Part shown: positions 9,527-19,509 of the stretch, piece after piece
How positions within the stretch are numbered: the stretch's first letter is position 1
Layout: every line of letters begins with the position of its first letter
NCBI GenBank assembly: GCA_963682135.1
Contig: OY821645.1
Span: 320,001 to 384,000 of the forward strand
DNA: 64,000 nt
Source: Methanothrix sp.
GTDB lineage: Archaea; Halobacteriota; Methanosarcinia; Methanotrichales; Methanotrichaceae
Direction: 5' to 3'
Made by a program: the position numbers and the translations under genes
Notes under the pieces: model-generated
Databases searched by the model: none
Seen by the model: only the letters and a program-made list of their open reading frames with translations
Told to the model about the DNA's origin: nothing

Positions 9527-9994
9527 ATGAGGATCCGGATAGAGATAGAAGACAAGGGCCTTAAGTCCTCCCATGAGTTTGAGTCGCAAAACATGGATGG
9601 AGAGGCCTTAAGAGACAGGATCATTGGCTTTCTGTCAGCTTCCGGTGTCTTTGAGAATAGAGGAGAGAGCGTTGCATCAGCAATGTCTTCTCGTGATTAT
9701 AGCAGCGGAACGCTCATGGACCGACTGGAAAGCTTCATTCGACATGAGTTTACCAATACCTGGTTCACAACTCAGGAATTAAGAGAGCAATACGAGACCG
9801 TAGCGGATGATATAAAGCTCTCCACAGTCTCAACCTATCTATCTCGCATGAATCATGATGGTCTGCTGGATAAAAGAGGGAATAGAAATAACCGGCAGTA
9901 CAAATTGATGGAAATTGTCGATGAGGGCATGGCATCGCAACATAATTATCAACGCCAAACTAGCTATGAAAAGAAGAGAGTAGAAAGCAGATGA
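9527..9994 (+). CDS. Winged helix-turn-helix DNA-binding protein
   Basis: C-terminal FTTQELREQYE...LSTVSTYLSRM..DGLLDKRG...RQY is a wHTH pattern. RBS GAAGGGGG upstream. Confidence 0.75.
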   Translation: MRIRIEIEDKGLKSSHEFESQNMDGEALRDRIIGFLSASGVFENRGESVASAMSSRDYSSGTLMDRLESFIRHEFTNTWFTTQELREQYETVADDIKLSTVSTYLSRMNHDGLLDKRGNRNNRQYKLMEIVDEGMASQHNYQRQTSYEKKRVESR

Positions 9995-10122
9995 GAAATA
10001 GCCAGACCGGAAAAGAATCTTATGGATCTTTCCCACCACTGATACATTCTTTACCAAAGATTTCCGGTCCTGCTCCTCTGCTATAACCTTGATTATTATA
10101 AAACCATGGATCTGCCACCCAC

Positions 10123-13100
10123 CTAGGCTGTAGCATTTAGGCGAGCCTGAGTTAGATTGATGGCATACTGAGCGAACGAATTATTCTCATCCATCTCTAA
10201 AACATCTCTAAAAACCCTGAGAGCTTCTTGGTAATTGTCCTGGGCCACCAATGTCAGGCCCTGAAAATACAATGCATCGATATTTTGCGGCTGCAACAGC
10301 GACGCGGTCTCAAAGCTCTGCAAAGCCTCATCGAACTTTCCCGTCTGATTTTGCGCTATTCCCAGTCTCATCCAGGCGTCTATGTCCTGTGAATTTAGCC
10401 GGGTCGCATTGTGCAAAGCATCAACCGATTGACTGTAGCGGCCCAAAGAGTAGTACACCGCTCCCAGATTATACCATATCTCCTCATGAGATGAGTCGGC
10501 TCTGCATGCCTTTTCCAGGCTCACGGCTGCTTCCTCATACCGGCCAATAGAGGCCTGCATGCTTCCCAGATTGGACCAGGCAGCATAGTCTCCCGGATTT
10601 GCAGATACAATCTCCTGGAAGCATTTTATGGCTTGAGAGATGTTGCCGAGAGCTGCCAACGCCAGGCCCTTGCCCTGCAATGCATCAACATCAGACGGGT
10701 TGAAGCTAAGGGATCTATCGAAAAGCGGCAGAGATCTGTTGTATTCTTCCAGGGCAGCGAGAGCATTGCCCTGCCCCCAATAGCCATGGCTGCCGGGACT
10801 CAATACCGTGGCCTGCTCATAATAATGAAGAGAATCACTGTAGCTCCCTCTTTCATAGAGCACGTCACCCATGCCCAGGAGGGCGGCTATGTCTTTCGAC
10901 TCAATGGCAAGAGCCCGCTCATAGCTTTGCCTGGCGAGATCAAAATCCTTACCGCACAGCTGCACATTGCCAAGTCCAGCCCAGGCAGCCGCATTATTTT
11001 CATCCAGCGATAGGACCTGATCATAGAGTAGTTCTGCTGATTTGCAGTCATCCAATGCATATTGAATCTCGGCTTCTCCCAGCAATGCTCTAATATTTTG
11101 CCGGTCGATTTGCAGAGCGTTCTCATACAAGGAGAGCGCCCGATCAAAGAGGCTATTTTGCCGGAAAGCATCTGCTTTGCCTAGCATTGCCCGAACATTG
11201 TCAGGCTCCAAATTCAGGATACGGCCATAGGCAAGCATTGCACCAGAGAGATCGTTTTGCTCCAGTAGCATGTCGCCCTTACTCAGCAGTGTTGCCGTAT
11301 TATCTGGGTCCAGGAGAAGTATCCGGTCATAGCAGCTTAGTGCCTGCTCTTTATCTCCTTGAAGGTAGAGTGCCTCTCCTTTCCCCTGCAGAGCAGGCAG
11401 GCTTTTAGGGTCCTGGGCCAGAGCACTGGTAAAGTTTTCCTGAGCGCCAGGATAATCATGCAGCGCCAGAAGGCAGTATCCATTGCCAATCAATGCCCGG
11501 AGATCAAGTGGATCAATTTTCAACGCTACCAAAAATGCCTGCCGAGAGGCGTTGTAGTCCTGCTGAGCATAAAGAGTCTCAGCCTTTCCCAGCATTGACG
11601 CCATATCGCCGGAGTTATACAGGAGTGCTGCCCCGTAGGACTCTAATGCGGCATCGTATTCCTGGAGAGCAAAGCAGGCATCGCCCATGCCCTGCAAGGC
11701 AGCCGCATTTCCCTTTTCGTTCTTTGTTACGGAGGAAAAACACTGCAAAGCCTCCTGATATTTTGTCAATTGCAGCAAGAGACTGCCTTTGCCAAGCAGA
11801 GTCTGCGTATTATTATCATCGATCTCAAGCGCCCTATCATAGCTTTGCAAGGCGCCGTTATAGTTTTGCAGCTCTTCTTGCACCTGCGCTAGATCATTCC
11901 ACAGGGTGATATTCTCCGGACACTGGCGCAGGGCAGAATCGATGAATAGCCCGGCCATTCTATATTTCCCCATCGTCGCCAGAATGCGCCCCTTTAATGC
12001 CAGGGCTGGGACGCTGGACTGATTGATCTCTATTGCCCGATCCAGTGAATCAAGGGCCTCAGAATGCCTGCCCTGATGATAGAGGATCTGTCCTTTGAGC
12101 AACCATGCTTCTGGCCGGGCATCAAGCGCAAGTGATTTGTTGAGGCTCTCTAAAGCCAGTGAATAGGAGCCGTTCATGCTTTGCGTTCTTGCCAGTTCGA
12201 AATAGCGAGCGAAATCTGAGGCCACCTCGACCTCTTGTCGGGAAGCGTTCCCTGATTCGGCTTTTTTCATTTTGGCGGCAAGTGCAGCCGATGCCTTTTC
12301 TTTTCCGGCCAGGGCGCCCGTATCCAAGGGCAGAAGGACCAGAGCCGTATTGTAACTCTTGATGGCTTCTGATAAGAGACCATTGTCCAAGAACGTATCA
12401 CCTTTCGCCGTGAGAGCCTTGACCATACCGGAGACTGCCTCAGCACTTCTCGGAGCCAGGCGGGAAGCCTCCTCAAAATTTTCTAATGCCAGTGAGACAT
12501 TTCCTGCATCCAGAGCTTCTTCGCCCAGGCCCAGCCGAGCCCGAGCAGCTCCCTCCTTGCCCATCTCATCGGATGGATTGCCGCGGAGGATTTGGTTATA
12601 GCAGGCCAGAGCTTCCTCATATTGGCCCAGGCCGCTTAAAGCGTCTGCCTCTTGCACCAGCGCCCGGGCATTTTGCATATCGATGGCAAGAGCCTCATTG
12701 CTACTATTATAGGCCGCCGCAAATTTGCCTTTCTTGAGAAGGCTTGAGCCTTGAGCGAGAAGCACTCTGACCTGGCCCGCCTTGCCGGCGTCGTTCTGGC
12801 CGTAAAGTGAGGCATTCTTGAAGCTTTGCATAGCCTTCTCATAACTTTCCAGAGCAAGAGACGCATTGGCCATGCCCAGCCATGCCTCGACCAGGTTTGA
12901 CTGCAAGGCCAGGGCCCGCTCGTAACTCTGCCGGGCGTCGTCCCACTCACCGGCCAGCTCTTTGGCCTTGCCGTCTTCTTGCCAGAGGCGGGCATTTCGG
13001 GGATCTCTTTTCAGGGCATTGCTAAAGCATAGCTCAGCCATTTTGTATCGGCCCTGCCGGGAGAGTGCAGTACCTTTGCCCCCCCAGGCAGATGCATTTT

Positions 13101-13308
13101 CGGGATCGATCTTTATGGCCCGGTCAAAGCTTTCCACGGCCTGCGGAAAGCTGCCGTTTAAGAGAGATGCCTGGCCATTTTCCAGCCAGTAGGCGGCAGT
13201 ATCTTGAGCTGCCGAGGATGCCGGAAGGAATAACAGCAGCATACAAGCCAGAGTAGCGCTAAAATGCACCAGGGACGGGATGGAAAAGGACCTTTGCAAA
13301 GCAATCAC
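10123..13308 (-). CDS. Large secreted tetratricopeptide-repeat protein
   Basis: Signal peptide followed by many 34-aa TPR units and many NxS/T sequons. Confidence 0.92.
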   Translation of the reverse strand: MIALQRSFSIPSLVHFSATLACMLLLFLPASSAAQDTAAYWLENGQASLLNGSFPQAVESFDRAIKIDPENASAWGGKGTALSRQGRYKMAELCFSNALKRDPRNARLWQEDGKAKELAGEWDDARQSYERALALQSNLVEAWLGMANASLALESYEKAMQSFKNASLYGQNDAGKAGQVRVLLAQGSSLLKKGKFAAAYNSSNEALAIDMQNARALVQEADALSGLGQYEEALACYNQILRGNPSDEMGKEGAARARLGLGEEALDAGNVSLALENFEEASRLAPRSAEAVSGMVKALTAKGDTFLDNGLLSEAIKSYNTALVLLPLDTGALAGKEKASAALAAKMKKAESGNASRQEVEVASDFARYFELARTQSMNGSYSLALESLNKSLALDARPEAWLLKGQILYHQGRHSEALDSLDRAIEINQSSVPALALKGRILATMGKYRMAGLFIDSALRQCPENITLWNDLAQVQEELQNYNGALQSYDRALEIDDNNTQTLLGKGSLLLQLTKYQEALQCFSSVTKNEKGNAAALQGMGDACFALQEYDAALESYGAALLYNSGDMASMLGKAETLYAQQDYNASRQAFLVALKIDPLDLRALIGNGYCLLALHDYPGAQENFTSALAQDPKSLPALQGKGEALYLQGDKEQALSCYDRILLLDPDNTATLLSKGDMLLEQNDLSGAMLAYGRILNLEPDNVRAMLGKADAFRQNSLFDRALSLYENALQIDRQNIRALLGEAEIQYALDDCKSAELLYDQVLSLDENNAAAWAGLGNVQLCGKDFDLARQSYERALAIESKDIAALLGMGDVLYERGSYSDSLHYYEQATVLSPGSHGYWGQGNALAALEEYNRSLPLFDRSLSFNPSDVDALQGKGLALAALGNISQAIKCFQEIVSANPGDYAAWSNLGSMQASIGRYEEAAVSLEKACRADSSHEEIWYNLGAVYYSLGRYSQSVDALHNATRLNSQDIDAWMRLGIAQNQTGKFDEALQSFETASLLQPQNIDALYFQGLTLVAQDNYQEALRVFRDVLEMDENNSFAQYAINLTQARLNATA

Positions 13309-13488
13309 TGACCTACTGAGAATTGCAGATGGGATATATTTCCAGCGCCTTAATGATATGCCGCCCTCATATGCTCCCTCAACTCGGGGGGAAACTAAAT
13401 AAGATTAAAAAGCTAACAATTAAACAATCAGAAATATCATCCGCACCAAGGGCATAGTCCTGGAGATGAGAGGGCAGCATTTTAGGAG

Positions 13489-14754
13489 ATGAAACATGTG
13501 AAAAGAATGGTTTCTCAGACGAAGCTTTACCTGATAATAATGGTATTAGCAGCATCGATCCTTACTATAAGCACAGTCGCTATGGGAGTGGATAGTCATA
13601 AGGCGATAACTCAAGATCTCATAAATTTAGTAGAGAAAAATCCAGAAATCGCGATGATGTTGGAAGAATCTATTGCAAAAGCTAAAGGAATAAATCCCGA
13701 TCCGCAAACAAATCCGGTTCAGAATTTATCGGACTACTATGATTTCATAGACAGTGCATCTGAGCTGATCCCGCAAGATGTACTTGATGATCCGGCTAAT
13801 CTCACACGCGACCAAATATTACAGAGCATCTGCTACTTCTATTTTCTGGTTGACCAGCCCCTGCCTGAATTAGAAAACAAAGGCCTGTTCAACAATACAA
13901 TTCAGTATTACGAACCATTCTCTACGTGGCTGCGCAGTTTTGCTGATACCTGGGGAATGTTCCTTGATACTGAAGAGTCATGGAACAATGAAACCTACCA
14001 GCAGTTTTATGACGATCCGATCTACGGTTTGCAGGGACCGTGGTATGAGTCTTCTTCCAATTGGACCACATTCAACAGGTTCTTCTCCAGATACCTGGCA
14101 TCGCCTGATCAGCGGCCTATCTCTTCGTCAAACGACACGAGTGTCGTTGTTTCGCCGGCTGATTCCGTGCCCCAGGGAACGTGGGCAATTGACAACAACT
14201 CAACCATTCTGGTGGATGGTGGATTGCAGGTCAAGCTTGTGCGCTATTACAATATCGAGGATCTGCTCGGCAATGACAGTGAGTACAAGGATGCCTTTGC
14301 CAACGGCGTGCTCACCCACACCTTCCTGAATGTAAATGACTACCACCGCTATCATTTCGCGGTTGGCGGAAAGATTGTAGACAATCGGTCCATAACGCAA
14401 AATGTGGCTTTAGAAGTTAAATGGAATTCGACAGGAAAGAAGTATGATCCAATCGACTCGACCGGATGGCAGTTCTCTCAGACCCGCGGCTATGCAATAG
14501 TAGATACAGGAAAATACGGTCTGGTGGCGCTTATTCCTATGGGCATGGCCCAGGTCTCTTCCGTCAACTTCGAGAAAGGCGTTGTTATGGGATCCGATCA
14601 TGAGAAGGGTGAAATGCTCGGCAACTTCCTGTTCGGAGGGTCCGATTTCGTTATGCTCTTCCAGAAACAGGCCGGATTTGAACTTACGGCGACGCCTTAT
14701 GTTCATATTCTCATGGGCGAGAAGTATGGAGTGATGAAGGGAACGGCTGAGTAG
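13489..14754 (+). CDS. Phosphatidylserine decarboxylase family (pyruvoyl) protein with N-terminal signal/anchor
   Basis: Motifs FNRFFSR, VSPADS, DYHRYH and the FLFGGSD self-cleavage site. Confidence 0.85.
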   Translation: MKHVKRMVSQTKLYLIIMVLAASILTISTVAMGVDSHKAITQDLINLVEKNPEIAMMLEESIAKAKGINPDPQTNPVQNLSDYYDFIDSASELIPQDVLDDPANLTRDQILQSICYFYFLVDQPLPELENKGLFNNTIQYYEPFSTWLRSFADTWGMFLDTEESWNNETYQQFYDDPIYGLQGPWYESSSNWTTFNRFFSRYLASPDQRPISSSNDTSVVVSPADSVPQGTWAIDNNSTILVDGGLQVKLVRYYNIEDLLGNDSEYKDAFANGVLTHTFLNVNDYHRYHFAVGGKIVDNRSITQNVALEVKWNSTGKKYDPIDSTGWQFSQTRGYAIVDTGKYGLVALIPMGMAQVSSVNFEKGVVMGSDHEKGEMLGNFLFGGSDFVMLFQKQAGFELTATPYVHILMGEKYGVMKGTAE

Positions 14755-14796
14755 AAAAAGACCAGTGACTGGACCAAATTAAAAGTTAAGAATGCG

Positions 14797-14836
14797 GCGG
14801 CGCCCCGAATGCAGCTGATTGCAGCGGGTGCGCCGT
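14797..14836. repeat. GC-rich imperfect palindrome, possibly an IS200/IS605-type subterminal hairpin
   Basis: GCGGCGCCCCG..TGCA gctgat TGCA..CGGGTGCGCCGT. Confidence 0.4.
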
Positions 14837-15022
14837 GGAATTTTATCACTCTGATTGCCACTTGCCCCACCGGGAATGACTCCCCCAAAAGCACTGCAGG
14901 ATGCAGGGAAGGGACGAAGCCCAAGTGCTCCACGAACTGGCGGCTGTAGCCCTCGTGGGCGAGGAAGTACTGGTCCTGCCTTAGACCTGACGCAATCTCT
15001 CCACACTACAGGCAAAAACCCT

Positions 15023-15584
15023 TCACCCATACGTCTTATTAATCAGGTCTAGAGCCGATTTCTGCGCCCTGTCCACGATCTTTGCAGGAATGTAGGATCT
15101 CGGCGTCTGGGAGCGAGCCCAGGCAAATGAATTGCGGTCCGGCCACACTCGCCAGAACCTTGCGGACTTCAGCCAGCCTCTTTTTAATGACCGCATCCGG
15201 TGAACCTCTGTCGCCGTTCCCGTACAGGCCGTCCAGATCAAATCCTACCGCGGTGGGAAGAAGGCAATCTTGCATATCCCTATGAAAGTCGTTCAGGGTA
15301 ATCTTTTGCGGAACGGGAATGGTTTTAACGCTGCTGCCCAGAAGCCGGGTTGAGTTCTCATCCCAGACAATCCATTTGCCTTTTCCTTCCCCGGAGAGAG
15401 CTCTCTTCTCAGCCGTTCTGGGTGCGTCGATTGTCTCCCATCCGGATACTCTTCCGTAGGCATCTATTTGATCATCCTTCGGGTTAAAATGTTACAGAGC
15501 TCCTATGGCACCGTAGTGAAATGCAGGACAGGTGAAATTGCCTTCGTTAACTTTTTCCTGAGAATAAACTTGCAGGTAGGGCAT
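15023..15584 (-). pseudogene. Disrupted gene, possibly UPF0489 / arginase-deacetylase-like
   Basis: The frame from ATG 15584 is broken by TAA at 15492-15494 and by a frameshift near 15120. Repaired, it reads ...GFDLDGLY...PQFICLARSQTPRSYIPAKIVDRAQKSALDLI. Confidence 0.5.
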
Positions 15585-15728
15585 TAATCATGAATGAAAT
15601 GTACCATTAGACTAATAAATTTATCGCATCCGAAAGATGCCGTACGTCGCCGACTGCATGGCCCCTTCCAGCCAGTTGGCAGGAGCAAAGGCAGATTAGG
15701 TCCCAATGCAATTGGAGGTAGAGAGAGT

Positions 15729-16616
15729 TCAACGATTCTTCCCATATGTTCCTTCTTCGGCATGATGGTGATTATGTTCTTCTTTAGATATGTGTACGTG
15801 ACTTTTATGCTCATCCCCATGCACATGCAGATGCTCATGCACCAGCTTGCCGTGCAAATGAGTATGCTCGTGCACCAGATTGGAAGATAGCAGCAGCTCG
15901 TAATCGGAGAGAACGCTCTCTGCATCCCGGTCTATCTTAACGCCGTGATCCTCCCCCATGACAATGGCCCTCTTGCTGATCTGATCGATGATCTCCAGGT
16001 CATGAGTGGCAGTTATCACAGTCTTGCCGGCATGCGCCAGCTCCTGGAGAAGCTCGACCAGCCAGAGCTGTGTTCTGGGGTCCAGGCCTGCTGAGGGCTC
16101 ATCCAGCAAGAGCACATCGGGATTATTGGCAAGGACGGTGGCTATGCACACCTTCTTCTTCTCTCCCCCGGAGAGGGTATGAGGCGATCGATCGCGCAAT
16201 TTGCCGATCTGCATCATCTCCATGACATCTTCCACTCTGGATTCGACCACATCAAGCGACAGGTTAAGCTGTCGTGGTCCAAAGGCAATCTCCTCATAGA
16301 CCGTGGAAGAGAAGAGCTGAACATCCGAATTTTGAAAGACGAATCCCACCTTTGTCCGGAAATAGGACCGGAATTCATTGTCTTTAATGGCATCAAAGAT
16401 TTCTTCACTTATGAGATTGCCAAAGGCGTAGAATTCGCCTGAGCTGGGATAAACAAGCCCATCCAAAATGGCCAATAACGTCGACTTGCCGCATCCATTG
16501 GAGCCGATAATTGTGACCTGCTCCCCGCGATTTATCTTCAGGGTTACATTCTTGAGAGCGTCGATCTTCCCTACATAGGAGTAAGAAACATTCCTCAAAT
16601 CGAATATATTCTCCAT
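15729..16616 (-). CDS. cbiO: ECF/ABC ATP-binding subunit (CbiO/NikO-like) with His-rich C-terminus
   Basis: Walker A GSNGCGKS, FQNSDVQLF, LSGGEKKK, LLDEP, ATHD and an HEH/HLH-rich tail. Confidence 0.85.
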   Translation of the reverse strand: MENIFDLRNVSYSYVGKIDALKNVTLKINRGEQVTIIGSNGCGKSTLLAILDGLVYPSSGEFYAFGNLISEEIFDAIKDNEFRSYFRTKVGFVFQNSDVQLFSSTVYEEIAFGPRQLNLSLDVVESRVEDVMEMMQIGKLRDRSPHTLSGGEKKKVCIATVLANNPDVLLLDEPSAGLDPRTQLWLVELLQELAHAGKTVITATHDLEIIDQISKRAIVMGEDHGVKIDRDAESVLSDYELLLSSNLVHEHTHLHGKLVHEHLHVHGDEHKSHVHISKEEHNHHHAEEGTYGKNR

Positions 16617-16706
16617 TATTTTTTCCATCATATGAACTTCGCCGTCAAAGCCTCTGGACAGCATGGCCATATGTACCTTTCCGCTCATGGAGAGCGATCT
16701 AATTAT
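16617..16706 (-). pseudogene. 3' remnant of cbiQ/ecfT, in frame with cbiO
   Basis: IIRSLSMSGKVHMAMLSRGFDGEV matches the EcfT/CbiQ C-terminal AMxSRGF motif. Confidence 0.6.
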
Positions 16707-16786
16707 TATTTAACCATTATCGCAACCTGCATAATCAGCATCAGCTATATAAAGATCAAATCTAATTCCCCTACTCAGGTGATTGC

Positions 16787-17392
16787 ATGAAGAAGACGAT
16801 TTTATTGATTTCAGCCTTCTGTTTTTTGAATCTAATGGGCATGTGCATGGCTCAAAGCGATGCTAATCAGACTATGACAGTCCTCAAGCAGGATAGTGGC
16901 AGCAATATTTCCAATATGAATCTGACACTGTATTCTGTCGGTCAGGATTGGGGGATCGATGCATTCGGTGTCGGTGAAGCTGTAAAATTCACCGCGCCAA
17001 AGCCTGACTGGAAATTAATGCAGATACGGGTACTGGGCTGGAACGGCTTCAATGAAACAACTCTAGCAGTCCCTTCGCCGAGCAATTTCCTCATTGAGAT
17101 CAGAGATGAAAAACTTAACCTGCTTTACCGACTTGCAGATACACAGAACGCATACTTCACTCTGTCAGCTCCAGGTCTTATATCCATAGATATTCCCGCA
17201 CTTCCTTTGACAGGCGTCTTTTACATTATCTTCTATGATCGAAGCACCATGAGGATCGGGGTAGAGTTGGAGAATGGAACCGGAAACTCCTATCAATTCA
17301 ATAGCATGAATGGTGAGCTGATTCCTGCGGATTTCAAAATTGATAATGAGACGATCAAGGTAAATTGGGTCATCAGAGCCGTAGGTGAGTAG
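16787..17392 (+). CDS. Secreted hypothetical protein
   Basis: RBS AGGTGA, signal peptide, several sequons, beta-rich sequence. Confidence 0.8.
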   Translation: MKKTILLISAFCFLNLMGMCMAQSDANQTMTVLKQDSGSNISNMNLTLYSVGQDWGIDAFGVGEAVKFTAPKPDWKLMQIRVLGWNGFNETTLAVPSPSNFLIEIRDEKLNLLYRLADTQNAYFTLSAPGLISIDIPALPLTGVFYIIFYDRSTMRIGVELENGTGNSYQFNSMNGELIPADFKIDNETIKVNWVIRAVGE

Positions 17393-17432
17393 AAAAAGTT
17401 AACACCATTGGCTTGCATCCTTACTTGCGAGC

Positions 17433-18605
17433 ATGGACATATTTGATGTGGCAGTCATCGGCGCCGGGCCAGCCGGTTCTATGGCTGCCAAGTATGCCGC
17501 TAAAGCCGGTGCCTGTACAATTTTACTGGAAGAGCACGCCGGGGCGGGATGGCCGGTGCAGTGCGCTGGCCTCTTGGGCCTGGAGGCTATGGCCGAGTCG
17601 GAGCTTTCGCCCGGCCCCCACGTTCTGCGCGCCATGAGAGGGGCGAGCGTTTTTTCGCCGGGAGGTGCACGCCTGGACTTCAAAGCCAGAGTTCCTAAGG
17701 CCTGGGTCGTGGACAGAAGGCTCTTTGACCAGGCGATGCTTGCCCAGGCCGTGGCCAAGGGTGTCAATCTTCGTATCTGTACAACTGTGCGACAGATAAG
17801 GCGGGAAAAGGATGGCAGTATCCTCACCCTCTCCGGGGACGAGGAGATAAAGGCAAGGATTGTGATATCAGCGGAGGGCGTCTCCTCCCTTCTCGCCCGC
17901 CGGGCCGGCATCTCGCCGCCTCAGATGATCCTCTCCGGTGCCCAGGTGCAGATACCATTTGCAGTAAATGATCCCGAAAAAGTGGAGGTCCATCTGGGAG
18001 CGGCTCCCGGGCTTTTCGCCTGGGTGATTCCCCTAAACGAGGGCTCGGCTCGCATCGGTCTGTGCGCCCGCGATCGAGGGTGCGAGCACCTGCGCACTTT
18101 CTTGAAAACGGATGTTATCAAGAAGAGGCTGCAAGGCTCCCCTGTGGCCCTTAATGTGGGCGGCCTGCCCCTGGGACCGCCCACGGCCACTGCTGTGGGC
18201 GGCCTGCTGGCCGTGGGTGATGCGGCAGGCCAGGTCAAGCCCACATCAGGAGGCGGAATCTATCCGGGTCTGGTGGCCGCCAAGATTGCGGGCGGCGTGG
18301 CGGCGGCTGCGGCAATGGAGGGCGATATCTCCGCTATGCGGCTCATGGAGTATGACCGGCTCTGGAGGGCGGCCCTGGGCCGAGAGCTGGAGATCGGCAT
18401 GAGGGCCAATCGCATGCTGAGCAAAATGGACGATGCTGAATTGGATGAACTGGTGGGCTATCTGGCCCGAAAGCCCCGCCTCATAAAAGCCATTGAAGAG
18501 CATGGAGATATCGACCGGCCCAGCCGTCTCATGGCTCGCATGCTGCGCCACCTGGATTGGGATGCCATCCGTCTGGCCTGGCTGATGGGATATGCTTTGG
18601 GATAA
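17433..18605 (+). CDS. Geranylgeranyl reductase family (digeranylgeranylglycerophospholipid reductase-like)
   Basis: Motifs GAGPAG, PVQCA, AWVIP and VGDAAGQVKPTSGGGI. Confidence 0.9.
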   Translation: MDIFDVAVIGAGPAGSMAAKYAAKAGACTILLEEHAGAGWPVQCAGLLGLEAMAESELSPGPHVLRAMRGASVFSPGGARLDFKARVPKAWVVDRRLFDQAMLAQAVAKGVNLRICTTVRQIRREKDGSILTLSGDEEIKARIVISAEGVSSLLARRAGISPPQMILSGAQVQIPFAVNDPEKVEVHLGAAPGLFAWVIPLNEGSARIGLCARDRGCEHLRTFLKTDVIKKRLQGSPVALNVGGLPLGPPTATAVGGLLAVGDAAGQVKPTSGGGIYPGLVAAKIAGGVAAAAAMEGDISAMRLMEYDRLWRAALGRELEIGMRANRMLSKMDDAELDELVGYLARKPRLIKAIEEHGDIDRPSRLMARMLRHLDWDAIRLAWLMGYALG

Positions 18606-18618
18606 TAGTAGTATTTTA

Positions 18619-19221
18619 TTAAGGCGCAATGGCTTTGGAATTATTTAATGCTGAGAGGGCATTGTTCTTACCGGCCAATGCATTTGCATTACCAGGTTCA
18701 CGATTGAGCAAAGCCTCGTATGCATCTAGTGATGCCTGGTATCTGCCCAGGAAGTACAGGGAATTTCCCAGATTAAGCCAGCCCTTCGACAAAGTTGGAT
18801 CGAGATTGACTGCTTTGGCATATGACTGCGCAGCTTGTTCATACGATCCCGTCAGGTAAAGGACGTTTGCTTTATCCAGCAAGCCGGCAGCATCCTCGCC
18901 AGCAGTATTCGAGCTACTTGTATTCGAGCTGCTTGTATTCGTGCTATCAACGGGTGCGTTACTTGCTGATGCACCAGGAGTCTCTCCGGCATAAGGAGGG
19001 TTATAAACGCCATGGTTCCCATAATAGCATTCGCAATCACCATAAAGAAAATTGTATATATCTGCATACCACAGGCGCTGCTGCCATTCTGATCTTGAAG
19101 AGTAACAATTTGATCTAAAACAATCCTCAGATCCTTGTGCGGTAATCCAGGGCAGCGTCAAGAAGACAACTACCAGGGCAATGATGAGTATTAAAGGCAA
19201 CCTGTGATGCGTTACAGCCAT
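18619..19221 (-). CDS. Secreted or membrane-anchored TPR protein
   Basis: RBS GGAGG before ATG 19221, hydrophobic N-terminus, Cys-containing segment, Ser/Thr linker and C-terminal TPRs. Confidence 0.8.
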   Translation of the reverse strand: MAVTHHRLPLILIIALVVVFLTLPWITAQGSEDCFRSNCYSSRSEWQQRLWYADIYNFLYGDCECYYGNHGVYNPPYAGETPGASASNAPVDSTNTSSSNTSSSNTAGEDAAGLLDKANVLYLTGSYEQAAQSYAKAVNLDPTLSKGWLNLGNSLYFLGRYQASLDAYEALLNREPGNANALAGKNNALSALNNSKAIAP

Positions 19222-19425
19222 ATCTAACCCTCCTGCATAGGTCCTCAATCCTATGATACAATTGTCACACAGATACAATATATCGATTGTGGTAGATATG
19301 GACCGCTGGTATCAGACATTTTTGAGTGTATCGGAAATTATTCCCATATTATGCCCCTCATTATTATTGTCATAAGGTATTCACGATTACATAATTTAAC
19401 TGGTAGGATTGCGAAGGACAGAGCG

Positions 19426-19459
19426 GGAAGTCCCCCTCCTTCAGGAGGCGGTAGTTCAC
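19426..19459 (+). mobile_element. Orphan IS200/IS605-family right-end remnant
   Basis: GGAAGTCCCCCTCCTTCAGGAGGCGGTAGTTCAC is a hairpin followed by a terminal TTCAC. No tnpA or tnpB nearby. Confidence 0.6.
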
Positions 19460-19509
19460 GACAGATAAACTTTTATCCAAATAATAATCATTATCAATTA
19501 GGGATTGAT

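Noticed and set aside
18905-18945. 15-bp tandem repeat
   Set aside because: It encodes an NTSSS linker inside the TPR gene.
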